The translations under genes were made by a program, and so were the position numbers. Shown piece after piece: positions 7,362 through 15,884 of a stretch of DNA of 37,415 nucleotides. The DNA comes from an uncultured Elusimicrobiales bacterium (lineage in GTDB: Bacteria; Elusimicrobiota; Elusimicrobia; Elusimicrobiales; Elusimicrobiaceae), in contig CAYPTM010000001.1 of the NCBI GenBank assembly GCA_964413345.1, positions 1-37,415 of the forward strand, given 5' to 3'. A model generated the notes under the pieces. The model made no database searches and was not told the origin of the DNA. It saw nothing but the letters and a program-made list of their open reading frames with translations. How positions within the stretch are numbered: the first letter of the stretch is position 1; every line of letters begins with the position of its first letter.

Positions 7362-8504
7362 ATGTCTTCACAAAAAAGTATTGGCATTGCGGAACAGTTA
7401 CGCACACTCGTGAAAGGGCCGGCGGATTTCGTCGGTCTGGACGTCGGCAGCCACTCCGTCAAGGCAGTATGGCTCTCGGTGGGGGACAAGACCTGCAGGC
7501 TGCGGGGCTGGGGCCACAAAATAATAGATGTAAAGCAGGACGCCGCCCCGGAAGAGAAAAAATTTGCCGCGATAAACGCCGTCAGGGATCTTTTCGCCGC
7601 GGCGAGGCTGGAGAAGAAGGAAGTGGCCCTCTCCGTGTCCGGCAACTCCGTTATAGTCCGCTACGTTTCCTTCCCCCGGATGCCCAAGGCCGAACTGGAA
7701 AATGTGCTCACCACCGAAGCGGAGCCCTTCATCCCGTTCGACATCAAGGAAGTAAATCTCGCCTGCCACATCCTGCGCGACGTGCTGGAAGACGGCCAGA
7801 AGAAAATGGAAACCATACTCGTGGCGGCGAAGAAGGACCTCATCAGGGAAAAGATGGAGGTCATAACCGGCGCGGGGCTCACCCCCCTGCTGGTGGACGT
7901 GGACATTTTCGCCCTGGAACAGTTGCACGAACGCCTCGGCCCGACAAAACCCGGCCCGGCCACACTGTTCCTCAACATAGGGCACAAGACCACCAATATT
8001 TCAATCATAGAAAACGGCGTTACCCGCGTCGCGCGCGACGTCTTTATCGCGGGCAACATGCTGACCAAGGCGATAGCCAAAACCATACAGGTGGACCTGC
8101 CGAAGGCCGAGGAACTCAAGCGCAAGCACGGTCTTTCCCTCATGCAGAGCGCGCCGGAAAGCATACGCATCACCTCTGAAGAAGGGGAAGCGCACCAGGT
8201 TTCCGCCGCGATGCTTGAAGTGCTGAAGGACCTCATGGGCGAGGTTCGCCGCTCGGTCGAGTTCTACTATTCCCAGGGGCCGGACCGCTCCATCGCGAAG
8301 GCCATGCTTTCCGGCGGAACGGCAAGCCTCAAGAACCTGCCCCTCTACCTCTCGGCCGAGCTCAAGGTGCCGGTGGAGCAGGTAAATCCCATGTCCGTGC
8401 TGGCGGACGCCGGAGCGGCACGGATTCCCCAGGAGCTGGTGCCTTCTCTCGCGGTAGCCACGGGACTGGCGCTGCGTAAAATGTGGGACTGGGAGAAAAA
8501 ATGA
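7362..8504 (+). CDS. pilM: Type IV pilus assembly protein PilM (actin-like ATPase fold)
   Basis: Motifs FVGLDVGSHSVKAVWLS, LVDVDIFALE, LNIGHKTTNISIIENG and LSGGTASLKNLPLYLS. First gene of a pilMNOPQ-ordered operon. I prefer ATG 7362 (GGGGA about 5 nt upstream) over the TTG at 7326 used in the track. Confidence 0.9.
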   Translation: MSSQKSIGIAEQLRTLVKGPADFVGLDVGSHSVKAVWLSVGDKTCRLRGWGHKIIDVKQDAAPEEKKFAAINAVRDLFAAARLEKKEVALSVSGNSVIVRYVSFPRMPKAELENVLTTEAEPFIPFDIKEVNLACHILRDVLEDGQKKMETILVAAKKDLIREKMEVITGAGLTPLLVDVDIFALEQLHERLGPTKPGPATLFLNIGHKTTNISIIENGVTRVARDVFIAGNMLTKAIAKTIQVDLPKAEELKRKHGLSLMQSAPESIRITSEEGEAHQVSAAMLEVLKDLMGEVRRSVEFYYSQGPDRSIAKAMLSGGTASLKNLPLYLSAELKVPVEQVNPMSVLADAGAARIPQELVPSLAVATGLALRKMWDWEKK

Positions 8505-9073
8505 TACGCATAAACCTTATCCCGTCCGAATACCTGCTGCGCCAGAAGCAGCGCCTGCAGATAGTCCGCATCGCGGGCATAGGCGTGGTCCTGTTCGCCG
8601 CCATACTCGGCGTCACGCTGGTGCAGGTGCGCCGCACCATAGCGATGGAGCAGGAACTGGCCAACAAGAAAGCCCAGCTGGCCAAGCTGGAGGCGCAGGT
8701 GGAGGAAGTCAAGCAATTGGAAAGCCTCAAAGCCTCCATTTCCGCCCATCTAAACGCCATAGGGGACCTGCTCGCGGCCCGCTTCCACTACACCTCCTTC
8801 ATGCGTGACCTGGCCACCTCCATACCGCCGACCATCTATTTCGACTCCGTCCAGACCATGCTCAAGCCCGGCGCGACGATAGACGCCAACATGCTGGTGC
8901 ATTCCGGCTCCGCGGAGGACGTGACCAACTGGCTCCGCACGCTGGAAACCGACCCAAAATTCTCAAAGACGGTGCTTGGCGGAATGTCCGTGTCCCAGAC
9001 GGGGCCCGCGGCTTTCACCTTCCCTCTTTCATTCTCATACACGGTGCCCATCAACCAATATGGCAAACGCTAG
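8501..9073 (+). CDS. pilN: Type IV pilus assembly protein PilN
   Basis: MIRINLIPSEY (INLxP motif), a single TM helix IAGIGVVLFAAILGVTLV, then a coiled coil. ATG 8501 overlaps the pilM stop (ATGA). The track start 8483 looks like an upstream extension. Confidence 0.8.
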   Translation: MIRINLIPSEYLLRQKQRLQIVRIAGIGVVLFAAILGVTLVQVRRTIAMEQELANKKAQLAKLEAQVEEVKQLESLKASISAHLNAIGDLLAARFHYTSFMRDLATSIPPTIYFDSVQTMLKPGATIDANMLVHSGSAEDVTNWLRTLETDPKFSKTVLGGMSVSQTGPAAFTFPLSFSYTVPINQYGKR

Positions 9074-9629
9074 CGGAAATACGCCGAAAGTGCAGCTGTC
9101 CCCGGACCAGGTCAAGACGCTGGTGGCCTTGATACTTTTCTGCGGCGTGCTGGGTTACTTCTACTACCGCTATCTGGTCAAGCGCTACTCCGACCGCAGG
9201 ACCGTCGCGGAGGCGCAGATAACGGAAATAGACAGGAAAATCGTCGCCACCACCAGAGCCGCCAAGGACCTTCCGCGCCTTAAAAAGGAAATAGAGCAGC
9301 TGAAGCAGCGCGAGCAGGAAGCCTCCCACGCGTTGCCGATGAACCGCAAGGTGCCTGACATACTGGACACCATCAACAATTATGCCCGCACCGCCGGGGT
9401 CAACTTCACGAACATCACCCCGCTGCGCGACGTGCCCCGGCAGTATTACACAGAGGTATCCTTCCAGGTGTCCATGGGAGGGAGCTACGCCAAGGTAGGC
9501 CGCTTCCTCGGGGAAGTGGCCACCGGCCATCGCGTTATGACGGTGCGCGACATAAACTTCACCAAAGCCGGCGACGGCACAAACCTGAACGTGACGTTCA
9601 TGATTACCGCGTATGAATACAAGAATTAG
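9060..9629 (+). CDS. pilO: Type IV pilus assembly protein PilO
   Basis: ATG 9060. TM helix LVALILFCGVLGYFYY, a coiled coil (LKKEIEQLKQREQEA), and C-terminal VPDILDTINNYARTAGVNFTNITPL. Positioned between pilN and pilP. The track start 8976 lies inside pilN. Confidence 0.75.
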   Translation: MANASGNTPKVQLSPDQVKTLVALILFCGVLGYFYYRYLVKRYSDRRTVAEAQITEIDRKIVATTRAAKDLPRLKKEIEQLKQREQEASHALPMNRKVPDILDTINNYARTAGVNFTNITPLRDVPRQYYTEVSFQVSMGGSYAKVGRFLGEVATGHRVMTVRDINFTKAGDGTNLNVTFMITAYEYKN

Positions 9630-10596
9630 CATAGCCGCCCTGCTTTTCTCCGTGACGCTGCCGGCCTCCGCCGCGACCGTGGCGGTAAGCACCGCCGCGC
9701 CAAAGGCCGTATCGGTCCAGGCAAAATCCCAGCAGAAACCGGCCCAGGCAAAACCGCAGAACGCGGTAAAGGTTTCAACCCAGGCCGCCAAAGGGCAGCC
9801 GGTGAAAGGCTCATCCGCCAAGGAACAGCCTAAACCCGCGGAACCGGCAAAGGTTTCCGCGCAGGCGGCAAAAGCCCCTGCCGCGAAGGAACAAGTTAAG
9901 ATATCGACACAGGCGGCCAAGCCGGCGGAACAGACAAAAACCCCGTCCAGGGAACAATCCAAGGCCGCCGGGACAAAGGACCAGGCCGCCGCCAAAGCGC
10001 CGGCCGAAGTGAAAGCTTCCACCACGGCGGCTAAAGGACAGGCGGCACAGCCGCCGGTTACGCCCAAAGGCCCCGCCAAGCCGGAGCCCGCCCCGAAGGG
10101 ACAGCCGCCGGCGCCGAAAGGGAGCGTCCCTCCCCCGCCGAAACCCGGAGAGCCGCCCCCTCCTCCTCCGCAGGACGCGAAGCCCCTGCCGGAACAACTC
10201 GCGCCGCTTACCTCTGAAGACGTCTTCCCTTCCGGCCTGCGCGATCCGTTCCACGCGGGGACTACCCTTGGCACGACCAGGGTCAGCGTGTCCCGCGCGG
10301 ACAGGCCTGACATCACCGACATCAACCTGGAAGAGGTGACGCTGCTGGGATTCTCGATTTCCAAAGTGGGACGATTCGCCGTGCTGAAAGATGTGAAGCG
10401 CAATGCCAAATTCTATCTGCGCGGCGGGAAATTCTATTCTGAGAAAGGCACCCTGATAAAAGGGGTGACGGGCATCGTGCAGGAAGGACGCGTTACGGTC
10501 CTTTCAGGCCGCACGGCCAAAGATTTGTATATTGAGCCCAGGAACAAGCCGGGCGCAAAATCCAAAACCGGGGGAGAAGACGCCTCTGCCAGATAA
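9613..10596 (+). CDS. pilP: PilP-like protein with a long N-terminal low-complexity repeat/proline-rich spacer
   Basis: Signal peptide MNTRISIAALLFSVTLPASA with no Cys anywhere in the protein. About 170 aa are K/A/Q/P-rich. The C-terminal part (GLRDPFHAG...LEEVTLLGFSISKVGRFAVLKDVKRNAKFYLRGG...GIVQEGRVTVL) resembles the PilP beta-domain. Lies between pilO and pilQ. Confidence 0.65.
   Translation: MNTRISIAALLFSVTLPASAATVAVSTAAPKAVSVQAKSQQKPAQAKPQNAVKVSTQAAKGQPVKGSSAKEQPKPAEPAKVSAQAAKAPAAKEQVKISTQAAKPAEQTKTPSREQSKAAGTKDQAAAKAPAEVKASTTAAKGQAAQPPVTPKGPAKPEPAPKGQPPAPKGSVPPPPKPGEPPPPPPQDAKPLPEQLAPLTSEDVFPSGLRDPFHAGTTLGTTRVSVSRADRPDITDINLEEVTLLGFSISKVGRFAVLKDVKRNAKFYLRGGKFYSEKGTLIKGVTGIVQEGRVTVLSGRTAKDLYIEPRNKPGAKSKTGGEDASAR
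9766..10038 (+). repeat. Four degenerate in-frame repeat units inside pilP (peptide VK[VIA]S[TA][QT]AAK)
   Basis: Cores are gtaaaggtttcaacccaggccgccaaaggg (9766), gcaaaggtttccgcgcaggcggcaaaagcc (~9848), gttaagatatcgacacaggcggccaagccg (~9896) and gtgaaagcttccaccacggcggctaaagga (~10009). Spacing is irregular. Confidence 0.55.
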
Positions 10597-10605
10597 GGGA
10601 ACTTT

Positions 10606-12621
10606 ATGAGAAAACTTTTGTCGACGGTAATTTCGCTGCTCCTGCTCAACCTCAACGCCGCCCCCCTGTGGGCCGCTTCCGCCGCCCGGGTGGAGAACGT
10701 GGAAGTTTCCCCGGACGCGGTCGTCGTCACCACCGACAGGCCGGTGCACTACGACGTCTTCACCGTCACAGAGCCGCCGCGCGTGGTGCTCGAACTGCTC
10801 AACACCAAGGCGGGCAGCGACGCGAAATACGCCGGAGCCGGCAGGATAAAATCCGTGCGCGCGGGCCAGTATCAGGAAAAACCGCACACCATTTCCCGCG
10901 TAGTGCTCCAGCTCAGCGAGAAAACCGCCTACGACGTGGTTTCAAACGGCAACACCATAGCGGTCATGCTCAAAAGCGCGGAAGCGGGCGAAACGGTAGC
11001 GGCAAAACCGCTGCCGGTCCACCCCGCTGCGGAAGCCGCCGCCCCCATAACCGTTTCAGCGCCGGCCGCGGTCCCCGCGCCCCAGCCCGAACTGCTGGCG
11101 AAAGCGGACGCCGCGCCGAAAATGGAGAAGCAGGAAGCGGCTCCCGCCCTTGCGGAAGAAAAGCAGGAACCCGCCCCCGAAGCAAAACGTCTTGAAACGA
11201 AGAAAGCCAAACCGGCCCTGCACCGCGCCGGCGAAGACGGCCTGCGGGCCGCGCCGGCCACCTCGCCCAAACCCCTCCACCCCAAGACGGGCGACATCCT
11301 TCTGGACATGCCGACCGACCTGCAGAACCTGGAATACAACGGTGTGGACCTGCGCGAAGTGCTGGACGAGATGGGCTCCGTGATGGGCGTCAACATGGTT
11401 TACGCCGACGATGTGGGCGGCGACATCACCATAAAGCTCCAGAATGTCCCCTTCAACGAGGCCTTTAACGCCATCCTTTCCATAAAGGGCCTGGGCGCAC
11501 AGCAGCTTGGCGGCAACATACTCCGCATAGCCTCCTCGCAGACCATAGCGAACGAGCGCTCCCGCTCTCCGCTTGTCACCCGCGTTTTCCCCGTGAACTT
11601 CATAAAGGTGGAAAACGCCAGGAGCATGGTGTCCGGGATGATAGCGGCGGAAAAACGCAGCGGTTCGGTTTATGCCGACCCCTCCAACAACCTGCTGATA
11701 GTCACGGACGTGCCAAGCGCCATGCAGGACATAGAGAAATTCATCAACCAGATAGACCGCAAGCCCAAGCAGATACTCATCGAAGCCAAGCTGGTGGAGG
11801 TAAACCTCAACAGCGGTTTCACCCTCGGCATCAGCTGGGGCGCGTATGGCGGCAGCAAGAGGACCATCGGCGGGCAGAATGGCCTGAACTACTTCGGCTC
11901 CGGCTCCAGCAGCAACCAGGCCTACAACAACAGCGGCATAACCACGTCCGGCCTTGTGACGCCTTATGACGGCAGCCAGACCATCTACTCGCCCATACCG
12001 AACAACGGCTCCAGCAACGGCACAGGCGTGAGCTTCCCGTCCATAGCCAATGAAGTGACCGGCGCGGCCTTCCGTTTCGGCCGCATAACCGACTCCTATT
12101 CGCTTGACGTCAAGATATCCGCGGCGCAGCAGAACGGCAAGGTGAAGGTGCTGTCCGACCCGAAAGTGGCCACGCTCAACAACGTGCCGGCCAAGATTAA
12201 CATACAGACCAGTATCCCCTGGACCACCACCGATATCACCCAGGGCGCGGCTTCGGTTCAGTCCCAGAAGGTCAGCTACACCAACACCGGCATATCGCTG
12301 GACGTTACGCCCACGGTAAACGCCGACGGCAAGGTGACCATGGTGCTTAACCCGAAGGTCAGCCAGGTGGCCTCCACCATAGCGGCGGCGGCCGGCGGCG
12401 CGCCCGGCGTGGACTCCCGCGAGGCCAACACCACCGTGCTGGTTTCGGACGGAGAGACAGTGGTCATCGGCGGCATGATATACGACAACTCGTCCGACAC
12501 GGTCTACAAGGTGCCGCTGCTGGGCGACATACCCCTGCTGGGCTGGTTCTTCAAGAAGAAAGCCACCACCCGCCAGCGCCTTGAACTGCTCATATTCGTG
12601 ACACCGAAGATAATCGACTAA
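10606..12621 (+). CDS. pilQ: Type IV pilus secretin PilQ with N-terminal AMIN-like domain
   Basis: 671 aa with signal peptide ...LNAAPLWAASA. AMIN-like VENVEVSPDAVVVTTDRPVHYDVFTVTEPPRVVLELLNT, then an A/P/E/K-rich linker. Secretin N-domains (NVPFNEAFNAILSIKGL; LLIVTDVPSAMQDIEKFINQIDR). The secretin C-domain ends VPLLGDIPLLGWFFKKKATTRQRLELLIFVTPKII. Confidence 0.9.
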   Translation: MRKLLSTVISLLLLNLNAAPLWAASAARVENVEVSPDAVVVTTDRPVHYDVFTVTEPPRVVLELLNTKAGSDAKYAGAGRIKSVRAGQYQEKPHTISRVVLQLSEKTAYDVVSNGNTIAVMLKSAEAGETVAAKPLPVHPAAEAAAPITVSAPAAVPAPQPELLAKADAAPKMEKQEAAPALAEEKQEPAPEAKRLETKKAKPALHRAGEDGLRAAPATSPKPLHPKTGDILLDMPTDLQNLEYNGVDLREVLDEMGSVMGVNMVYADDVGGDITIKLQNVPFNEAFNAILSIKGLGAQQLGGNILRIASSQTIANERSRSPLVTRVFPVNFIKVENARSMVSGMIAAEKRSGSVYADPSNNLLIVTDVPSAMQDIEKFINQIDRKPKQILIEAKLVEVNLNSGFTLGISWGAYGGSKRTIGGQNGLNYFGSGSSSNQAYNNSGITTSGLVTPYDGSQTIYSPIPNNGSSNGTGVSFPSIANEVTGAAFRFGRITDSYSLDVKISAAQQNGKVKVLSDPKVATLNNVPAKINIQTSIPWTTTDITQGAASVQSQKVSYTNTGISLDVTPTVNADGKVTMVLNPKVSQVASTIAAAAGGAPGVDSREANTTVLVSDGETVVIGGMIYDNSSDTVYKVPLLGDIPLLGWFFKKKATTRQRLELLIFVTPKIID

Positions 12622-12648
12622 ACGGCGTCGGAAGGCAAAACAATCCAT

Positions 12649-12690
12649 GGCGCTCCACCCGCGAAGAACCCGCGATGGAGCGCCTTTTTT
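12649..12690 (+). terminator. Rho-independent terminator after pilQ
   Basis: ggcgctcca (12649-12657) pairs perfectly with tggagcgcc (12676-12684), and an inner cgcg/cgcg adds 4 bp. It is followed by TTTTTT (12685-12690). The next ATG starts at 12691. Confidence 0.8.
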
Positions 12691-14166
12691 ATGACTGAAG
12701 AACCCACGGAAAACCGCTTCGACCGGACACTGGCATGGCTGCCGGCGGCAGCCGCCGCGCTAGGAGCCGCCCTCCTGCCGCTGGCACGGGGAGGTTGGGA
12801 TTTATGGGCCAAAAGCTACGCGGCGGCAGCCGTGGCGGCGCTGCTGGGCATTTGGGCCGCCGCCCTGGCGTTGCGCGGCAGACTGCCACGCCTCCGCGCT
12901 GAAACGTCCGCCGTTCCAGTCATCTGCATGGCGCTGTGCTGGCTTTCACTTCAGACAAGCGCCATCCGCTGGCTCTGCCTGCCGGAATTCACCGCCTTCC
13001 TACTGGCTGCCTCGCCATTCCTTTTTTTCCCGTTCACCGGCAGGAAGGAAGCCGCGATCCAGACACTTTTCGGCGCCGCGCTGTTTTTATCACTGTTGGC
13101 TATCTACCAGAAACTGTTTCTCCATACGGCGGCAACCGCCTCCTTCTTCAACGAAAACGTGTTCGCGGGCTTTGCGGTCACGGTCCTGCCCCTTCTGGCC
13201 GGGCGCAAGAGATACGCGGAAACAGCCATACTCGCGGTCGCCCTCCTCTGTACCGGTTCGCGGGGAGCGTGGCTCGCACTGGCGCTCTCCGGCGGACTCT
13301 GCCTCATCCTTGCCGAAGGGAAGAAAAAGACGGCGGGAATCGCCCTTTTGGCCGCAACCGTCATCTGCGCCCTGCTTTTCAACTGGCATTCCCTGTCCGA
13401 CAGGGCGGCCTGGTGGACCGAAGCCGCCAGAATGGCCGCGCAAAAACCCTGGCTGGGATTCGGGCCCGGAAGCTTCGAGTTCGTTTATCCCTCCATGCAC
13501 AGCCCGCGCGCGGACGGCCTCTCCGCGATATACGCCCACAGCTATCCCCTTGAATGCGCGGCGGCCTGCGGACTGGCCTTCGCGACAATATGGACACTAT
13601 GGCTGTTTTTCCGCGCGCTCAAGGCCGGCGGCTTCATCCGCTGGGCGGCGCTGGCCGCACTGCTGCTTTCGCTGGAAGACTACACGCTTAACGTCCCCTC
13701 CAACCTTTTTCTTCTCTGCCTGCTTCTCTCATCACGGGACAAAGGCGCGTTCATCGAAATCAGGAACTCGGCGCTCCGCGTCCTCGCCTCGGCATGCTTG
13801 CTTGGCGGAGGACTTGCCCTGGCGCAATCCTCGCTTGCCATGCTCAAAGCTGAAAAAGAAGTGCTTGCCGCAAAAACACTTTATGAGTCTGGGAAACGGA
13901 CGGAAGGTCTTGCGGCGGCCGGGAAAGCTCTGGCCAACCATCCTTACAGCTATCAGGCCGCGCTGCTGCGCGCCTCCATGCTCATGGATTCATCCGGCGG
14001 GACCGCCTCGCCGGAACTGGCCAAGGCCTATGAACGGCTGCTGGATCTGAACCCGTACCGTCCGCAAACCTATGTCTCGCTAGGAAAAATATACTCCGCG
14101 CTTGGACAGCCCCCACTGGCGGGAAATGTCGAGGAAAGACGCAGGCATTTCATAAAATGGCGCTGA
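12691..14166 (+). CDS. Wzy_C-domain (O-antigen ligase / PglL-type) polytopic membrane protein with C-terminal TPR-like tail
   Basis: 491 aa. Motifs LCTGSRGAWLALALSGG and KPWLGFGPGSFEFVYP...IYAHSYPLECAAACG. C-terminal ANHPYSYQAALLRASML...AKAYERLLDLNPYRPQTYVSLGKIYSALGQ. Confidence 0.75.
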   Translation: MTEEPTENRFDRTLAWLPAAAAALGAALLPLARGGWDLWAKSYAAAAVAALLGIWAAALALRGRLPRLRAETSAVPVICMALCWLSLQTSAIRWLCLPEFTAFLLAASPFLFFPFTGRKEAAIQTLFGAALFLSLLAIYQKLFLHTAATASFFNENVFAGFAVTVLPLLAGRKRYAETAILAVALLCTGSRGAWLALALSGGLCLILAEGKKKTAGIALLAATVICALLFNWHSLSDRAAWWTEAARMAAQKPWLGFGPGSFEFVYPSMHSPRADGLSAIYAHSYPLECAAACGLAFATIWTLWLFFRALKAGGFIRWAALAALLLSLEDYTLNVPSNLFLLCLLLSSRDKGAFIEIRNSALRVLASACLLGGGLALAQSSLAMLKAEKEVLAAKTLYESGKRTEGLAAAGKALANHPYSYQAALLRASMLMDSSGGTASPELAKAYERLLDLNPYRPQTYVSLGKIYSALGQPPLAGNVEERRRHFIKWR

Positions 14167-15884
14167 TTTCGAAACACTTTCCTGTCGCTGTCTGGCTTGG
14201 CGCCGCACTGGCCCTTGGCGGCAGGCCCTTATGGGCGCTCTGCCTGCTGACAGGCGCGCTGCTCTGCCATCTCGCGGCAAAAGGGGGAAAACTTTCAGTC
14301 TCGACAGCCATCGGCGCGTTATGGCTTGGGTGGACTGCATTCTGCACTCTCGTTTCCGCGTCGCCGGCATTGGCGGCACAGCCGCTTCTGCTGCTTGCGG
14401 CTGGCATAGTTTTCCACGCCTCCGCCACATCACTCAGGGAAGAAGACGGGGCGGAACTTTTCCTGCGGGCCATCACAATAGCGGGCTTTGCCGTCGCCCT
14501 GATTCTTGGCGCGGGAGCGCTGCTGGGCTTTCCGGTCAAAACGCAGAGAATGGTGTTCCCCCCCAATCCGAATTACGCCGCGGCGATGATGGCTCTGGGC
14601 TTCGGCTCCATGACAGGTCTTTTGCTGGACGATAACTACCCGCGCGTGCGCAAGGCGGTGGTGGCGGTTGCGGCGCTTTTCACGTTAGCTATAATCGTGA
14701 TGACAAACAGCCGCAGCGCGCTGCTCGCGGCAGGAACCTGCGCCCTCGCGGCCCTGTTGCTCAAGGGGAAAACGCGCGCGACGACCGTAATGCTTGCCGG
14801 AATTGCTCTGGCAGTTGCACTGCTGCCGCAGACTGTCATTTCCAGAGTGATAAAAGCGGATGAGGCCTTTTCCTTCAGCCGCGTTGAGATATGGGGCGCC
14901 GCGCTCGAAACAGCCGCCGCCAATCCTTTGAGCGGGATAGGCCCCGGCAATTACGAATGGGGTTATTTCCACAGCGCCTTCCCGGCGTTCGACGGCTTCT
15001 CCTATTACGGGCACTGGTCCGGCTACGCCCACAGCCACCCGCTTCAGACGGCGGTGGAAACGGGAATACCGGGCCTGCTGCTGTTCCTGATTTTCTTCCT
15101 CCGACCCCTGTGGCGTTTTGCGGACAAGGGAATCCGCTCTCCCCGGAAAGTGCGGGCGGCCGCCGTTCTCTGCGGCCTGCTGGCGGCCTCGCTTATGGAA
15201 GGCGTACTTCTCCTGCCGGTCCTGCTGCTCGCGGCTTTCGGCTGCGCGGCGATACTTGATGACGAAGCCGGAGAAAACGTTCACCTCCCTCTCCGCCTGC
15301 TGCTCCCGCTGCTGCTTGTTCCCATGGCGGCATATATTTTCGCGCGAAAGACCGCCAGCCTGTCAGCCGAACTGGGCGACGTAAAGAAACAACCGGCGGC
15401 AGCCGCCGCCCTCTCGGCAATGTTTCCGATGAACGCGGACTATGCTTATAATTCCGCCCAGGCCGCGCTTCTGAACAGCCCGGCAAATCCCTACAGGGCG
15501 CTGGCGCTTCTGGACAAAGCCATTGCCCTCAATCCGGTAAACGCGCAATACCGCTATGTAAAGGCCGCCATACTCGCCAGACTGGGCGACCCCACATCCG
15601 AAGATATCCTGAAGGACACCCTCGCACTGGAACCCAACCACCTCCCGGCGCTGCTTGAACTGACCCGGATAAAGGCCGGCGCCGGACAAATGGAAGCCGC
15701 CGCGCGGCTTCTTGCCTCATTCGAGAAAGCGAAGGATGCCGCCGCGCTGACTCTTGATGATTCAAGCTACGGACGTCAGCTACGGACTTTCGACCCCGCC
15801 TTATACGCCGCGCTGAAACAGCAGCTTCATTCCGGAACTGACAAAACCGCCGGAGGTAAACCTTCCCGCGCAGCCAGCCGCTGA
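14157..15884 (+). CDS. Second Wzy_C-domain polytopic membrane protein with C-terminal TPR array (paralog of the upstream gene)
   Basis: 575 aa. Motifs TNSRSALLAAGTCALAALL and NPLSGIGPGNYEWGYF...GYAHSHPLQTAVETGIPGLLLF. TPR-like ALALLDKAIALNPVNAQYRYVKAAILARLGD...ALEPNHLPALLELTRIKAGAGQ. Its start overlaps the upstream stop by 10 nt. Confidence 0.8.
   Translation: MALISKHFPVAVWLGAALALGGRPLWALCLLTGALLCHLAAKGGKLSVSTAIGALWLGWTAFCTLVSASPALAAQPLLLLAAGIVFHASATSLREEDGAELFLRAITIAGFAVALILGAGALLGFPVKTQRMVFPPNPNYAAAMMALGFGSMTGLLLDDNYPRVRKAVVAVAALFTLAIIVMTNSRSALLAAGTCALAALLLKGKTRATTVMLAGIALAVALLPQTVISRVIKADEAFSFSRVEIWGAALETAAANPLSGIGPGNYEWGYFHSAFPAFDGFSYYGHWSGYAHSHPLQTAVETGIPGLLLFLIFFLRPLWRFADKGIRSPRKVRAAAVLCGLLAASLMEGVLLLPVLLLAAFGCAAILDDEAGENVHLPLRLLLPLLLVPMAAYIFARKTASLSAELGDVKKQPAAAAALSAMFPMNADYAYNSAQAALLNSPANPYRALALLDKAIALNPVNAQYRYVKAAILARLGDPTSEDILKDTLALEPNHLPALLELTRIKAGAGQMEAAARLLASFEKAKDAAALTLDDSSYGRQLRTFDPALYAALKQQLHSGTDKTAGGKPSRAASR

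Noticed and set aside
10606-12621. The secretin as a type II secretion (GspD) or competence secretin rather than PilQ
   Set aside because: It is preceded by pilM/N/O/P-like genes in canonical order and has an AMIN-like N-terminus. No gsp genes are nearby.
9051-12648. Minus-strand ORFs 9051-10409 (452 aa) and 11056-12648 (530 aa) antisense to pilO/pilP/pilQ
   Set aside because: Same reasoning. The products are repetitive G/A/R-rich with no start context, and the plus-strand pil genes have clear motifs and operon logic.
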